From Candidatus Brockarchaeota archaeon (lineage in GTDB: Archaea; Thermoproteota; EX4484-205; JAAOZP01): 64,000 nucleotides of DNA. This document shows positions 18,675-28,376 of this stretch, piece by piece. How positions within the stretch are numbered: the first letter of the stretch is position 1; each line of letters begins with the position of its first letter. Below the pieces are notes generated by a model that ran no database searches, was not told the DNA's origin, and saw only the letters and a program-made list of their open reading frames with translations. The stretch is taken from the NCBI GenBank assembly GCA_017601225.1, contig JAFNIX010000011.1:1121-65120 (forward strand), in the 5' to 3' direction. The translations under genes and the position numbers were made by a program.

Positions 18675-20006
18675 ATGAACAGCCAGCCGGTTAAGCATTC
18701 GGAGGCTCTTTTAACCTTGACAAGGATTGAACAGCTTCTCAGAAACCTCAAGGATAAGCCCTCATACTACGTTGACATGCACATTCATTCAAAGTATAGC
18801 AGAGCTACTAGCTTAGACATGACTCTTGAGAACATTGCTTTCTGCGCCAAGTTGAAGGGCCTCAGCATCGTCGGCACCGGCGACTGCACCCACCCCAGAT
18901 GGCTTAGAGAACTTAAGAAGAGCCTTGTGGAGGAGAATCCTGGGCTCTACAGGCTTAGGAGTGAAAAGAATCCTGCGAACGCTACGCTTTTCCTAATCCA
19001 GGGCGAGGTTAACACTGTTTACCGGGATGAGGATATGGTTAAGAGGATTCACCACGTGGTTCTCTTCCCCAATTTCGACACTGTTAAACAGGCTTGCGAC
19101 GTTTTGAAAAATTTTGGCGACCTAAGTGCCGACGGCAGGCCCATGCTGAAATGCAGCTCGCCGGAGCTCGTTGAGATTCTGAAAAGCGTTTCAAAAGACG
19201 TGGAGGTTTTCCCAGCCCACGTGTGGACCCCGCATTTCAGCATCTTCGGCGTCCACGGTTACATTAGCGTTAACGAGTGTTATGAGGATAAGTCCGGGGA
19301 GATATATGCGTTGGAAACCGGGCTCTCTTCAGACCCGTTGATGAACTGGAGGGTTTCAAGAAATGATCCTTACACTCTTGTTTCAAACAGTGATTCGCAC
19401 TCATATTATCCTTGGAGGCTTGGGAGAGAGGCCAACCTGATGCTTCTCGAAGAGTTAAGCTACAGGAGCATTTTAAACGCGATACGTAAACAGGGACGTT
19501 CCAGAATAATTCTGACAGTCGAAACCTATCCTGAATACGGTAAATACCATTACCCTGGCCACAGGGGATGCTCGGTTTCAGTCGACCCTGAGAAATATTT
19601 CAGGCTGAAGGGAGTCTGCCCGGTTTGTGGTAAAGAACTCACTCCAGGCGTGGAGACCCATATAGAGGAGCTAGCTGACCGTCCTAAAGGGGTTAAGCCT
19701 AGAGATGCTGCAGACTATGTTCACCTAATACCGTTATCAGAAATAATAGGCTACGTTTACTCTACAGACCCTAACTCTAAGAAGGCTTGGAGCATCTATT
19801 ACAGTCTGATAAGGGAGTTTGGAAGCGAGTACCGCTTGCTTATTGAAACCCCTGTCGAAGAAATAGCGAAGCGAGACAGGAAGCTGGCGCAAGTGATTGA
19901 GATGGTTAGAAAGGGCAGGGTTAGAATAAGGCCCGGCTACGACGGGGTCTACGGCGAGATCGAGGGCTTCTACAGTCAGAACAAGCTGACGGGTTTTTAC
20001 AAATAG
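18675..20006 (+). CDS. endonuclease Q-like PHP-domain nuclease (EndoQ family; cleaves 5' of deaminated bases in characterised homologues)
   Basis: YYVDMHIHSKYSRATS, VGTGDCTHPRW, RIHHVVLFPN, ADGRP, PAHVWTPHFS, LETGLSSD, SNSDSHSYYPWRLGREAN, GKYHYPGH, Zn-finger CPVCGKELTPGVETHIEELADR, REFGSEYRLL and PGYDGVYGEI follow my recollection of the Pyrococcus EndoQ motif order. I used the ATG at 18675. The track's GTG at 18612 would eat into a GC-rich structured region. Confidence 0.8.
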   Translation: MNSQPVKHSEALLTLTRIEQLLRNLKDKPSYYVDMHIHSKYSRATSLDMTLENIAFCAKLKGLSIVGTGDCTHPRWLRELKKSLVEENPGLYRLRSEKNPANATLFLIQGEVNTVYRDEDMVKRIHHVVLFPNFDTVKQACDVLKNFGDLSADGRPMLKCSSPELVEILKSVSKDVEVFPAHVWTPHFSIFGVHGYISVNECYEDKSGEIYALETGLSSDPLMNWRVSRNDPYTLVSNSDSHSYYPWRLGREANLMLLEELSYRSILNAIRKQGRSRIILTVETYPEYGKYHYPGHRGCSVSVDPEKYFRLKGVCPVCGKELTPGVETHIEELADRPKGVKPRDAADYVHLIPLSEIIGYVYSTDPNSKKAWSIYYSLIREFGSEYRLLIETPVEEIAKRDRKLAQVIEMVRKGRVRIRPGYDGVYGEIEGFYSQNKLTGFYK

Positions 20007-20066
20007 TTTAGGCTTAATCCCCCTTTAGAAATGTTGAGGAATGAATAAGGCAGTGTGTACACAAGC

Positions 20067-21395
20067 CTACGCTTCTTTAAGCTTCAAGTAAGTAAGCTGC
20101 TTAGGCATGTAGTTTATCCTCCTGGGGGAAGGCCTAGTGCCGTATTCAACAGTCCTACCTATCGTGTCGAGGAGAACCTGCATCAATTCGCATCCCCTTA
20201 TCCTTCCGAGCCCGCCGCGCACAGCCTCTCTTTCAGAGAAGACTCTTGTATCATCCCTCCTCAAACCATTGGAGGACACGAGTATTGGAACAGGCTCCCC
20301 TGAGTGCATTCCTCTGTCGCAGGGCGTAGTATGGTCGCCGGTCACAACTATCGTAGTGCCAGCTAAAACCGTTTCATCTATCATCCTCAGGCTCTCCTCG
20401 AACCGATGTATAAACTCGTATTTCGCAACAGGGTTCCCACTGTGGCTTGCAACATCCGTGCCCTTCAAATGAAGATATACGAAGTCATACTTGTCCAGCA
20501 GTTCAAGAGCCTTGCTCAACTTTCCAACGATGTTAGTGTTGAGAAGACCGTTAGCGCCCTCAACCCTGTAGATATCCATGCCTGTGGCTCGGCCTATCCC
20601 CTTGTATAGCAGTCCTGCTGCGACACAGGCAGCGCTAAGATCCCATTTCTCCCTGAAGCTGGTCATCCTTCTCTTAACCCCGGGGCTTCTCACCAGAATA
20701 GCGTTAGCCTCACGGAAACCCTTATCAGCCCTAATCCTGTTCAACTCGTGTCCACTCAGCATTCTAATCGCCTCCACGGTTACGCTGTTAACCAGGTTGG
20801 CGAGCCTAATAGCACCATCCATATCCTTCGCCTCCTCGACAGGCTGGCAGAGCAGAACCGGCTTACCTTCAGCATGAGGATCATTATCAGTAACCTCGTG
20901 GGACAATCCTTCTCCAGAAACAACCATGACGAACCTGTGTTCTGAAAGAGGTTGGAACCTTACTCTAAATCCTTGGAAGTCACCAAGCTCCTCGTTAAGA
21001 AAGTCTATAAGCTGCCTAGTCTGCTCGCCGCTTATCCTCCCAGCCCGCCTGTCGACAACAACCGGGTAGCCGTTCTCAACCCTGATCGTCGCAAGATTAC
21101 CCCTGAAGGCTATCTCGCCCTCCTCCAGCTCAACACCCTCGCCTAAAGCTTCAATAGGGCCCCTCCCGAAATACTCCTTCTCAATATCGTATCCGAACAT
21201 GACTAGGTGTGAAACATCGCTGCTAGGTGGAACACCCGGAGCAATAACATCCATCAATCCTTGAGAACCGTTCTCCTTAAGCCTTTTGAAACCCGTGGAG
21301 TTAGCCTTTTCAAGCGGCGTTAAACCGTCTAGCTCCCTGTAAGCATGGTCCCCAAGCCCGTCCAGCACTATGAACAGTATCCTCTCAGGGTTCAA
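20067..21395 (-). CDS. second ApgM-family (cofactor-independent phosphoglycerate mutase / alkaline-phosphatase superfamily) paralog
   Basis: ILFIVLDGLGDHAYRELDGLTPLEKANSTGFKRLKENGSQGLMDVIAPGVPPSSDVSHLVMFGYD…, VYLHLKGTDVASHSG, VVTGDHTTPC. Confidence 0.85.
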   Translation of the reverse strand: MNPERILFIVLDGLGDHAYRELDGLTPLEKANSTGFKRLKENGSQGLMDVIAPGVPPSSDVSHLVMFGYDIEKEYFGRGPIEALGEGVELEEGEIAFRGNLATIRVENGYPVVVDRRAGRISGEQTRQLIDFLNEELGDFQGFRVRFQPLSEHRFVMVVSGEGLSHEVTDNDPHAEGKPVLLCQPVEEAKDMDGAIRLANLVNSVTVEAIRMLSGHELNRIRADKGFREANAILVRSPGVKRRMTSFREKWDLSAACVAAGLLYKGIGRATGMDIYRVEGANGLLNTNIVGKLSKALELLDKYDFVYLHLKGTDVASHSGNPVAKYEFIHRFEESLRMIDETVLAGTTIVVTGDHTTPCDRGMHSGEPVPILVSSNGLRRDDTRVFSEREAVRGGLGRIRGCELMQVLLDTIGRTVEYGTRPSPRRINYMPKQLTYLKLKEA

Positions 21396-21448
21396 CCCTA
21401 CGGTTTATAATGGTGCCTGTGTTTAAACTTTGCTCGGGGAGCTGTCAA

Positions 21449-22090
21449 TCAACGCCAGTAGTATAACAGTATCGGTAGAAACCAGGCGAAGCAGGCTGTG
21501 AAAAACAGTATGGTGAAGGAGTAGAAAATCATTGGAATATTACGGTAAGCGTATGCGAAGAGCAGCGTCAACATTGAAACAATCGTCAGAATGATGAGAA
21601 CAGTCAACATCCCCCTGCTGTGCGCAGCCACTAAGCCGGTTTTAGAGAAGGCTTCTAAAACTAGGAAGATTGGGAAAGCATAAATTAATCCGATTAGGAG
21701 GCTGGCTGTTAAAACAGCTCCGACCAAGCCTATTTGAAGATAGAGGGAGAAACATGTTGAAACCGCTACGGCTGCAGGGAGGAGAAGAAACCTGAGGAAA
21801 GACCATCCGGGTAGGCTAGTCAGGCTTCTCGACAATCCAGCGTATGATGGAGTAAGCCATTTGAGAAAATCCGAGTCCAGTCCACCCTCCTTAACAGCAT
21901 TATCCCTGAAGAAGTACAGTTTTTCAACAAGAGAATGCAGCCCAGCAGCGTCTAAAACATCGCCTAACACCCCACGGTCTGTAGCCTCCTGAATCTGCGT
22001 GCAGACCCTGTTTAAACCAGCCTGGTTAAGCAGGAACAGGGCGAAAGCGGAGGCGAGCAGTAGCCGCGTTGATTGACTACTCATTTGCAC
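21449..22090 (-). CDS. membrane protein, unknown function
   Basis: 213 aa with an N-terminal signal/TM and about 5 TM segments at the C-terminus. Confidence 0.5.
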   Translation of the reverse strand: MQMSSQSTRLLLASAFALFLLNQAGLNRVCTQIQEATDRGVLGDVLDAAGLHSLVEKLYFFRDNAVKEGGLDSDFLKWLTPSYAGLSRSLTSLPGWSFLRFLLLPAAVAVSTCFSLYLQIGLVGAVLTASLLIGLIYAFPIFLVLEAFSKTGLVAAHSRGMLTVLIILTIVSMLTLLFAYAYRNIPMIFYSFTILFFTACFAWFLPILLYYWR

Positions 22091-22179
22091 AGTGTTACCG
22101 TGCGCAGCCCTTTCTTTTTAGTTTTTCCTAAACAGTTTCTGGAAGACTTTAAAAGGCTAATGCAAAGCTTAAGATCCTT

Positions 22180-22827
22180 GTGAAAAAGGTGAAAGCAGTA
22201 TCCCTAGACGTCACGGGGACACTTGTAGAAGGAAGAAGTGTTAAACGCTTCTGGGATCATCTTATTCCGGCTGCCTACGCGTCGGAGAAGCATATCTCCT
22301 TCAACGAGGCGTATACACGTGTTAAAAAGAAGTACAGCATGGTGAGCAGGGATGATGTCAGATGGTACCTGCCAGAGTATTGGCTTAGAGAGCTGAATAT
22401 TAACATGAGCCTCGAGAACCTCCTTGAAGAATTCAGGCGTGGAGTGGCTTTTTTCCCAGACGTGGCTCCGACGGTAAAAAGGCTTTCCTCGCAATACGTC
22501 TTAATAGTCTCATCAAACCTTTCAAGCATACTTCTGCAAACCATCCTTAGGGATTTTAAAGAGCATTTCTCAAGGGTTTTCTCATCAGTCTCAACATACT
22601 GTCTGCCTTATAAAACCGCCGAGTTCTACGCTAAAGTTTGCTCGGAAACAGGCTTCTCTCCAGGAGAGTTTCTACACGTGGGTGACAGCAAGACGTACGA
22701 CTTTCTAGTGCCGAGAATAATAGGGATGGATAGCATACTGGTAAAACGTTACAGTAATCCTGAGCAGCAATACGAGGCTGAAAGTCTGGAAAAGATATTC
22801 AGCAGTGTGGTTCCAGCTTCAACGTGA
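22180..22827 (+). CDS. HAD-superfamily hydrolase
   Basis: Motif I VSLDVTGTLVE (DxTGT variant). Motif IV LHVGDSKTYDF. Confidence 0.75.
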   Translation: MKKVKAVSLDVTGTLVEGRSVKRFWDHLIPAAYASEKHISFNEAYTRVKKKYSMVSRDDVRWYLPEYWLRELNINMSLENLLEEFRRGVAFFPDVAPTVKRLSSQYVLIVSSNLSSILLQTILRDFKEHFSRVFSSVSTYCLPYKTAEFYAKVCSETGFSPGEFLHVGDSKTYDFLVPRIIGMDSILVKRYSNPEQQYEAESLEKIFSSVVPAST

Positions 22828-22943
22828 AGCAGGCGGGTGTGAAAAGTAAGTAAAGTATTGTACAGATTGGTCTTTAAATATGGTTGTGTCGCCTTTTTAC
22901 AAAAAAGACGTTATATACGTTCGGCGACATGCTGAATGTCGAG

Positions 22944-23807
22944 ATGAGGAAACACGTGGTAATCACGCTGGCAGCGTTCATGCTTATGGCGGTGTTAGTC
23001 TCCAACCCTGCCTGCGCGTACATCTGGGTGGACGATGGGTATCCGTCGCCTGGTCAGGAGCAGGCTAAACTAGGGATCAGCGGATGCGTGTTCTACGATT
23101 CCAATGTGAACGGTGAGAGGGATGCTGGGGAACCCTTGTTAAGCGGCATAGTCGTGGAGCTATTGGTTGGGGAAGACAGGGCAACGTGGACGTCAACCCG
23201 CTCAACCTACAGTTTCTACAATGTTTGGGGCGAGTATACTGTTAAAGTGGTTTTAGCGGAGAACTGGGCTAGCACAACCCCCCAGGCCGTAACGTTGACG
23301 GTAAAGCAGGGGGAGACTGCTATTATCGACTTCGGCGTTGTAAGCATAGGGTGCTACGGCGGCGGCCACACCGTCGGGTTCTGGAGCAGCAAGAACGGTG
23401 AAGACGCGATTGAAAGGATTCCCGACGGGATTTATGTTCTGAAAGGGTATAACTTGAGGACCAAGGACGGAGACTGGTTCGAACCCACATCGTATTCTGA
23501 GCTAAGAAGCTGGCTTCTGAACGGTGACGCGGTAAACATGGCTTACATGCTTTCAACTAAGCTTGCCGCCATGGTTCTGAACGTTGAAGCAGGCTTCGTC
23601 AACCCTAACGCTAAGATCTACGCACCCGGAGTCGATCCGGAAACAGACTTCCCAACGATCAACTACCTAATAGGTGCGGCCAACTATTGGCTGGGGCTCG
23701 ACGGCTATACTCCGAGCGGAGACCCCAACAGGGCCTATCAGGAGCTGTTAAGCAGAGCACTGGATGCTGCGAACAACAATCTAAACTTCGTCTGCCAATC
23801 CCCGTAG
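22944..23807 (+). CDS. secreted protein with an SdrD B-like (Cna-B-type) beta-sandwich repeat
   Basis: Signal peptide MRKHVVITLAAFMLMAVLVSNPACA. ISGCVFYDSNVNGERDAGEPLLSGIVVELL matches the SdrD-B pattern (GxVxxDxNxNGxxDxGExGLxGVxVxL). The track start at 22884 is probably too far upstream. Confidence 0.6.
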   Translation: MRKHVVITLAAFMLMAVLVSNPACAYIWVDDGYPSPGQEQAKLGISGCVFYDSNVNGERDAGEPLLSGIVVELLVGEDRATWTSTRSTYSFYNVWGEYTVKVVLAENWASTTPQAVTLTVKQGETAIIDFGVVSIGCYGGGHTVGFWSSKNGEDAIERIPDGIYVLKGYNLRTKDGDWFEPTSYSELRSWLLNGDAVNMAYMLSTKLAAMVLNVEAGFVNPNAKIYAPGVDPETDFPTINYLIGAANYWLGLDGYTPSGDPNRAYQELLSRALDAANNNLNFVCQSP

Positions 23808-24295
23808 GAAACACCTTCGATTTTTTAAATACGTTTTAGACTCTATGCTAATTCGTAAAACTAAGCGTCCAATAGTGTATCTTAGAATTGTATTCTGATG
23901 TTTAAGCGTGACTAGGATACGCGCTAGCAAAGCGAACCCTCTTCACCCGCATTTTTCTGCTTCTTGCCCACGGGATAGGGTTATCCTTAAAAGGCTTTAC
24001 AATGGAGGAGTGCGAAGAGCTTTATGGCGACGAGATCAAGGGGAGTCTACTGAAAATCTGGCTCAAATATAAGTAGGCTCTTAGGCAGCGTTGTTCACTT
24101 ACGCTTAAGGATGCGGGATGCCGACGTTTACGCTTTAAAAACCTGTTGAAAAGAATATTGGGCGAAGGTAAGACGCGCCCGGCAATAATACGCTGGCGCC
24201 TTGTAGCGGCTCCCGTAAACTCTATGCTATAGCTCTTGAAACATACTGGTGGAAAACTTTAAACCGGAGCAGGCTCAGGTTTTTAAACGGTTGCG

Positions 24296-24775
24296 ATGAA
24301 TAAGGCTTACTTTGCCGGAGGCTGCTTCTGGGGAGTTGAGTACTTCTTCAAGAGGGCGAGGGGGGTGGTTTCAACAAGGGTCGGGTACATGGGCGGGCAT
24401 AAGGAAAACCCTACCTATGAAGAGGTTTGCAGCGGAACAACCGGCCACTTGGAGACTGTGGAAGTTGTTTACGACCCTCAGGAGACAAGCTTTGAAGAAC
24501 TCGCCAAGCTTTTCTTCGAAATCCATGACCCTACTCAGATTAACCGTCAGGGGCCGGATGTGGGAGAACAATATCAGTCAGCCATCTTCTATCTGGATGA
24601 GGATCAGAAGAGGATTGCTGAAAACCTTGTTTCCAGGCTTGAAGAAAAAGGGTATAGGGTTGCAACCCAGCTTAGGAAAGCCGGTGTTTTCTGGCCGGCT
24701 GAGGAGCGTCACCAGGACTATTATGGAAAGACTGGTGGAAAACCGTATTGCCATTTCTACGTCAAGAGGTTTTAG
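24296..24775 (+). CDS. msrA: peptide-methionine (S)-S-oxide reductase
   Basis: AYFAGGCFWGVEYFF active-site motif, YEEVCSGTTGHLETVEVVYDP, GPDVGEQYQSAIFY. Confidence 0.95.
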   Translation: MNKAYFAGGCFWGVEYFFKRARGVVSTRVGYMGGHKENPTYEEVCSGTTGHLETVEVVYDPQETSFEELAKLFFEIHDPTQINRQGPDVGEQYQSAIFYLDEDQKRIAENLVSRLEEKGYRVATQLRKAGVFWPAEERHQDYYGKTGGKPYCHFYVKRF

Positions 24776-24946
24776 TCAATTTTGTGCGCTAAATTCTTTT
24801 AGCAGCTGCTCGTTTCTAATCCACAAGTTTAGTTTTTAAACAAGGATACTGAGTGGAAAAGTATTTAAACAGTTGAACGTTTGCAACCTAAGCAGCGTGG
24901 TGAAGGGAACCCATGGGTGAGAAAGAGGAAACGGAAGGTGCTACTG

Positions 24947-26260
24947 ATGAGACCCACCAACATTCCACAGAGCCTTCGCACCACCGTAGTCCCCGTCTCA
25001 ACCGGTTTCCTGTCACGCGTCTCCATATTGTCAGTTAAGGCTGAAAAGACTACGGGTTTTAAACGCGAGTTTACTAGTGCCCTGAGACAGTCGTTAATGG
25101 CCTATGCTTTCAACATCTTCGGGATCGTAGCAGGCATGATCTTTGCCCACTTTCTCGGTGTTTTCCAAAGCTTCCCATGGGCCTTCGTCGTTTACCCTCC
25201 GATTCTAAGCGCGAGGGGAGTTATAGGAGGGCTTTTCTGCGGCCGTCTGAGCACTGGGCTACACCTTGGAATTGTTCAGCCAAGTTTTTCCAAGAACACT
25301 AGAAGCTTTTACCTTCTGCTCCACGCGACCATAGTCTTAACCCTTGAAGCCAGCATCCTGATGGGGCTGATTGCCACCGCTCTATTCGCCTTGTCTCGAA
25401 GCGTGTTGAAACCGGAATTTTTCAGCATTTTAATCGTCATCACGTCGACAATGGCTCTCGCCTTGGCCGTTATCACACCGCTCGCAATAACAGCCTCATT
25501 CCTATCTTTCAAGCACGGCTTAAACCCGGATATTGTTCTGTACCCGGTGGAGTCAACGATAGCCGACCTGTTAATCACCCTGCTCTACGTCGGGGTGCTA
25601 AATATTTTCGCATTCAACAATTCCGCTGGCCAATATTTGCTCGCCTTAATAAGTTTAACGCTGGTTTTCTTCGCCACGTATTTCACGATTAGAAACCTAA
25701 GGGAGAAGGAGTTCGTAAAAACAATAAGGGAGTCGCTTCTCACGATAATCATTGTCTCCATAATAATAAACATAGCTGGGTCAACCTTCGGAAAGATATC
25801 GGAAATAGTGGAGGAGAGGAGAGAGATATATACTGTTTACCCGGCTCTAATCGATACGATAGGCGACGTTGGCTCCGTAGTTGGCTCCACTGCCACTACT
25901 AAACTCGCCCTAGGCACTTTGAAACCCTCTTTCTCCTCGATAAGGAATCATTGGCTAGAGATTTCCAGCGCATGGCTAGCATCCATGATCATGTACTGCC
26001 TTTATTCCTTCCTGTCTTTAATGATTCAAGGGGTTTTAACATTGCCTAGTCTCCTTAGCTTCACAGTTTTACTGCTTACCGCCAACTTAATAGCTGCATC
26101 AGGCATAATAATGGTGTCATATGCAGTCGCGATCCTGACCTATAAAAAGGGTTTTGACCCTGACAATTTTGAAATACCGATTGAAAGCTCTCTTGCTGAC
26201 AGTCTAACATCCATAGCTCTACTGTTTTCCCTATTTATAATGGCTGGTTTCCAAGAATAA
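24947..26260 (+). CDS. SLC41/MgtE-like divalent-cation transporter (two MgtE TM-domain repeats, no cytosolic N-domain)
   Basis: Duplicated motifs NPDIVLYPVESTIADLLITLLYV and DPDNFEIPIESSLADSLTSIALL. I used the ATG at 24947 rather than the TTG at 24881. Confidence 0.8.
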   Translation: MRPTNIPQSLRTTVVPVSTGFLSRVSILSVKAEKTTGFKREFTSALRQSLMAYAFNIFGIVAGMIFAHFLGVFQSFPWAFVVYPPILSARGVIGGLFCGRLSTGLHLGIVQPSFSKNTRSFYLLLHATIVLTLEASILMGLIATALFALSRSVLKPEFFSILIVITSTMALALAVITPLAITASFLSFKHGLNPDIVLYPVESTIADLLITLLYVGVLNIFAFNNSAGQYLLALISLTLVFFATYFTIRNLREKEFVKTIRESLLTIIIVSIIINIAGSTFGKISEIVEERREIYTVYPALIDTIGDVGSVVGSTATTKLALGTLKPSFSSIRNHWLEISSAWLASMIMYCLYSFLSLMIQGVLTLPSLLSFTVLLLTANLIAASGIIMVSYAVAILTYKKGFDPDNFEIPIESSLADSLTSIALLFSLFIMAGFQE

Positions 26261-26306
26261 GATTTAAAACATTCTTCCCCACCTCTTATTCAAGAATAAA
26301 TTCAAA

Positions 26307-26936
26307 ATGTCTGAGTTTGAGAAGATAGAATACCGGCCTAAACCAGTTCGAGAAATACTCTTGGAGATGAAAAACCTGTCAGAATTGATGATAGACCTAG
26401 CGTACTCGGCGGCTCTTTTTAACGATAAGGATCTCGCGGAGGAGGTTCTTGAGCTTGAAAAAAGGATTGACACGCTAGCCTATCTCCTAGACATGACGAT
26501 CATGATAGCTGCGAGGGACGCTGAGGACGCTGAGGCCTTAGCAGGAGTTGCAAAAGTGGCGGGGGCAACAGATAAAATATCGGATGCTGCTGGAGACATT
26601 GCGGTTATAGTTAAGCAGGGCATAGGTGTACACCCTGTTGTAGCCGAGATCTTTGAGAAAGTCGAGGAACACATAGCTCGGGTCAAGGTTGAGGAAAAGT
26701 CTACGCTCACCGGTAAAAAAATCGGGAAGCTGAATCTTGCAGCGAGAATGGGTGTTAACATTATAGCTATCCGCAGGGGGAGGGAATGGGTGGTGAAGCC
26801 CGGGGATGATGAGAAGATTCTCCAGGATGATATCTTGCTCGTGCGAGGAGCGCCTCTCGGGATCCAACGGTTCAAGGATCTTGCAGAAGGGAAAATAAGG
26901 AGGGTTGGAGATAAAGATGCAGCAAAGCAGCCGTGA
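26307..26936 (+). CDS. PhoU-like helical domain + TrkA-C (RCK_C) regulatory protein
   Basis: The N-terminus ELMIDLAYSAALFNDKDLAEEVLELEKRID is PhoU-like. The C-terminus GKKIGKLNLAARMGVNIIAIRRGREWVVKPGDDEKILQDDILLVRG is TrkA-C. It follows the MgtE-like channel. Confidence 0.75.
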   Translation: MSEFEKIEYRPKPVREILLEMKNLSELMIDLAYSAALFNDKDLAEEVLELEKRIDTLAYLLDMTIMIAARDAEDAEALAGVAKVAGATDKISDAAGDIAVIVKQGIGVHPVVAEIFEKVEEHIARVKVEEKSTLTGKKIGKLNLAARMGVNIIAIRRGREWVVKPGDDEKILQDDILLVRGAPLGIQRFKDLAEGKIRRVGDKDAAKQP

Positions 26937-27501
26937 AAGTTTTAAGGAAATCGTTGAAAAATTCGTCGAGCTTAAAAATACCTCGGAACTGATGATCGAT
27001 CTGGCTTATTCCGCGCTATTGTTAAACAGCAAGGAATTGGCGGAAGAAGTGCAGAGGCTTGAAGAGTATGTCGACAGGCTGCACACGGAATACGAGATGT
27101 CGCTGCTGTTAAGCGGGTTTAGAGAGGAGGAGGCGAAGGGGATTCTCGGCCTGATAAGGCTGGGCGTGGTCACGGAGGAGATTGCTGACGCTGCTGCTGA
27201 AATAGCTGAAGTAGTCTTGAGAGAAATAGAGCCGCATCCAGTGGTGAGGCTCGTGATTGAGGAGGCGGATGAAACTGTAGCTTACGTGCATGTTTCCGAG
27301 GGTTCGTCATTAGTCAACAAGACTCTCCGAGAAGCAAGGATACCTGAAGAAACCGGAATGTGGATTCTCGCTATAAAGAGGGGAGAAAAATACGTGAGGC
27401 CCAGGCCGGACTTGAAGATTGATCCTGGAGACGTTTTAATAGCCTTCGGGTATGCTGAAGGCGAGGAAGACCTTAGGAAATTAGCATCTGCGGGCAGCTA
27501 G
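26917..27501 (+). CDS. PhoU-like + TrkA-C regulatory protein, tandem paralog
   Basis: Same architecture: ELMIDLAYSALLLNSKELAEEVQRLEEYVD … LVNKTLREARIPEETGMWILAIKRGEKYVRPRPDLKIDPGDVLIAFG. The ATG at 26917 overlaps the upstream stop by 20 nt. Confidence 0.75.
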   Translation: MQQSSRESFKEIVEKFVELKNTSELMIDLAYSALLLNSKELAEEVQRLEEYVDRLHTEYEMSLLLSGFREEEAKGILGLIRLGVVTEEIADAAAEIAEVVLREIEPHPVVRLVIEEADETVAYVHVSEGSSLVNKTLREARIPEETGMWILAIKRGEKYVRPRPDLKIDPGDVLIAFGYAEGEEDLRKLASAGS

Positions 27502-27563
27502 TTTCTATTCAATCTGCTGAAAAACATTTATTGGCAAATACGAATATTGCTTACAGGTTAACA

Positions 27564-28376
27564 ATGAGTGTGTCTGGGGAGCAGGAGCGCAGCGTTATAC
27601 AGTACTACGGGAGGGCTGCTGAAGAATACGATAAGGAGTATGAAATACCCTACTTTAAAAAGCTTTACGACAAGATTACTTGGCGTTACGTTGAGCCGTA
27701 TCTCCCGGAGTCGGGTGTGGTGCTTGACGCGGGCGGAGGCACTGGAAAATGGACCATACCCATGGTTAAAAAAGGCTTGAAAGTAGTTCTCTACGACATC
27801 TCTAGAGAAATGTTGAACGTGGCTCGGCGCAAGATCATGAGGGAACAGCTTGAAAACATGGTTGTCTTCAAGGAGGGCGACATATGTAGAATAGATTTCC
27901 CTGATAATTGTTTCGACTTTGTTCTCGCCGAGGGGGATCCAATATCTTACTGCAGCAACCCTGACAGAGCACTCGGAGAACTCGCCAGGGTTCTTAAACC
28001 CGGGTGCTTCATGGCTGCAGGGGTAGATAGCCTTTTCAGCGTCGCGAGAGGAATGCTGGTCCGCAAGGGGCCGGAGGAAGCTCTTAAAGTTCTTCGGGAG
28101 AAAAGGTTTTTCGCCGAGGCCTGGGGTTTCCATTGTTGGGCTTTTTCACCATCCGATCTCAGGAGCCTCTTCGAGAAGAACGGCTTAGAAGTAGTTAAGA
28201 TAGTCGGCAAGACTGTGGCCTACGTCTCCAGGCCTGAGACGGAGTCTCTCCTCCAGGATGAAGAGAAAGCTGAAAAACTCCTAGAGCTTGAGCTGATGCT
28301 TTGCGAGGAGCCCTCTATAGTCGGCTATGGGGGCCACCTCCATATCGTCGCGAAAAAGAAAGCTTATCATGAGTAG
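27564..28376 (+). CDS. class I SAM-dependent methyltransferase
   Basis: VLDAGGGTGKWTIPMVKKGLKVVLYDISREML (motif I/II). I used the ATG at 27564. Confidence 0.8.
   Translation: MSVSGEQERSVIQYYGRAAEEYDKEYEIPYFKKLYDKITWRYVEPYLPESGVVLDAGGGTGKWTIPMVKKGLKVVLYDISREMLNVARRKIMREQLENMVVFKEGDICRIDFPDNCFDFVLAEGDPISYCSNPDRALGELARVLKPGCFMAAGVDSLFSVARGMLVRKGPEEALKVLREKRFFAEAWGFHCWAFSPSDLRSLFEKNGLEVVKIVGKTVAYVSRPETESLLQDEEKAEKLLELELMLCEEPSIVGYGGHLHIVAKKKAYHE

Noticed and set aside
11997-21395. Two ApgM-family genes within 10 kb, seen as a possible recent duplication
   Set aside because: The proteins are highly diverged (391 versus 442 aa, different motif spacing). Archaea are known to carry two ancient ApgM-family paralogs.
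23808-24295. 488-bp gene-free region with an 11-nt direct repeat actctatgcta (23840-23850 and 24219-24229) and a 24-codon mini-ORF (24001-24075)
   Set aside because: The repeat is short, with a chance expectation of roughly 0.06 in this span, so it is suggestive but unsupported. Nothing recognisable lies between the copies and there is no mobile-element gene. I cannot distinguish an excision scar from coincidence.
24312-24839. 175-aa alternative-frame ORF overlapping msrA
   Set aside because: msrA in the other frame carries the GCFWG active site and full-length homology. The overlapping frame is Arg/Ser/Gly-rich with no features.
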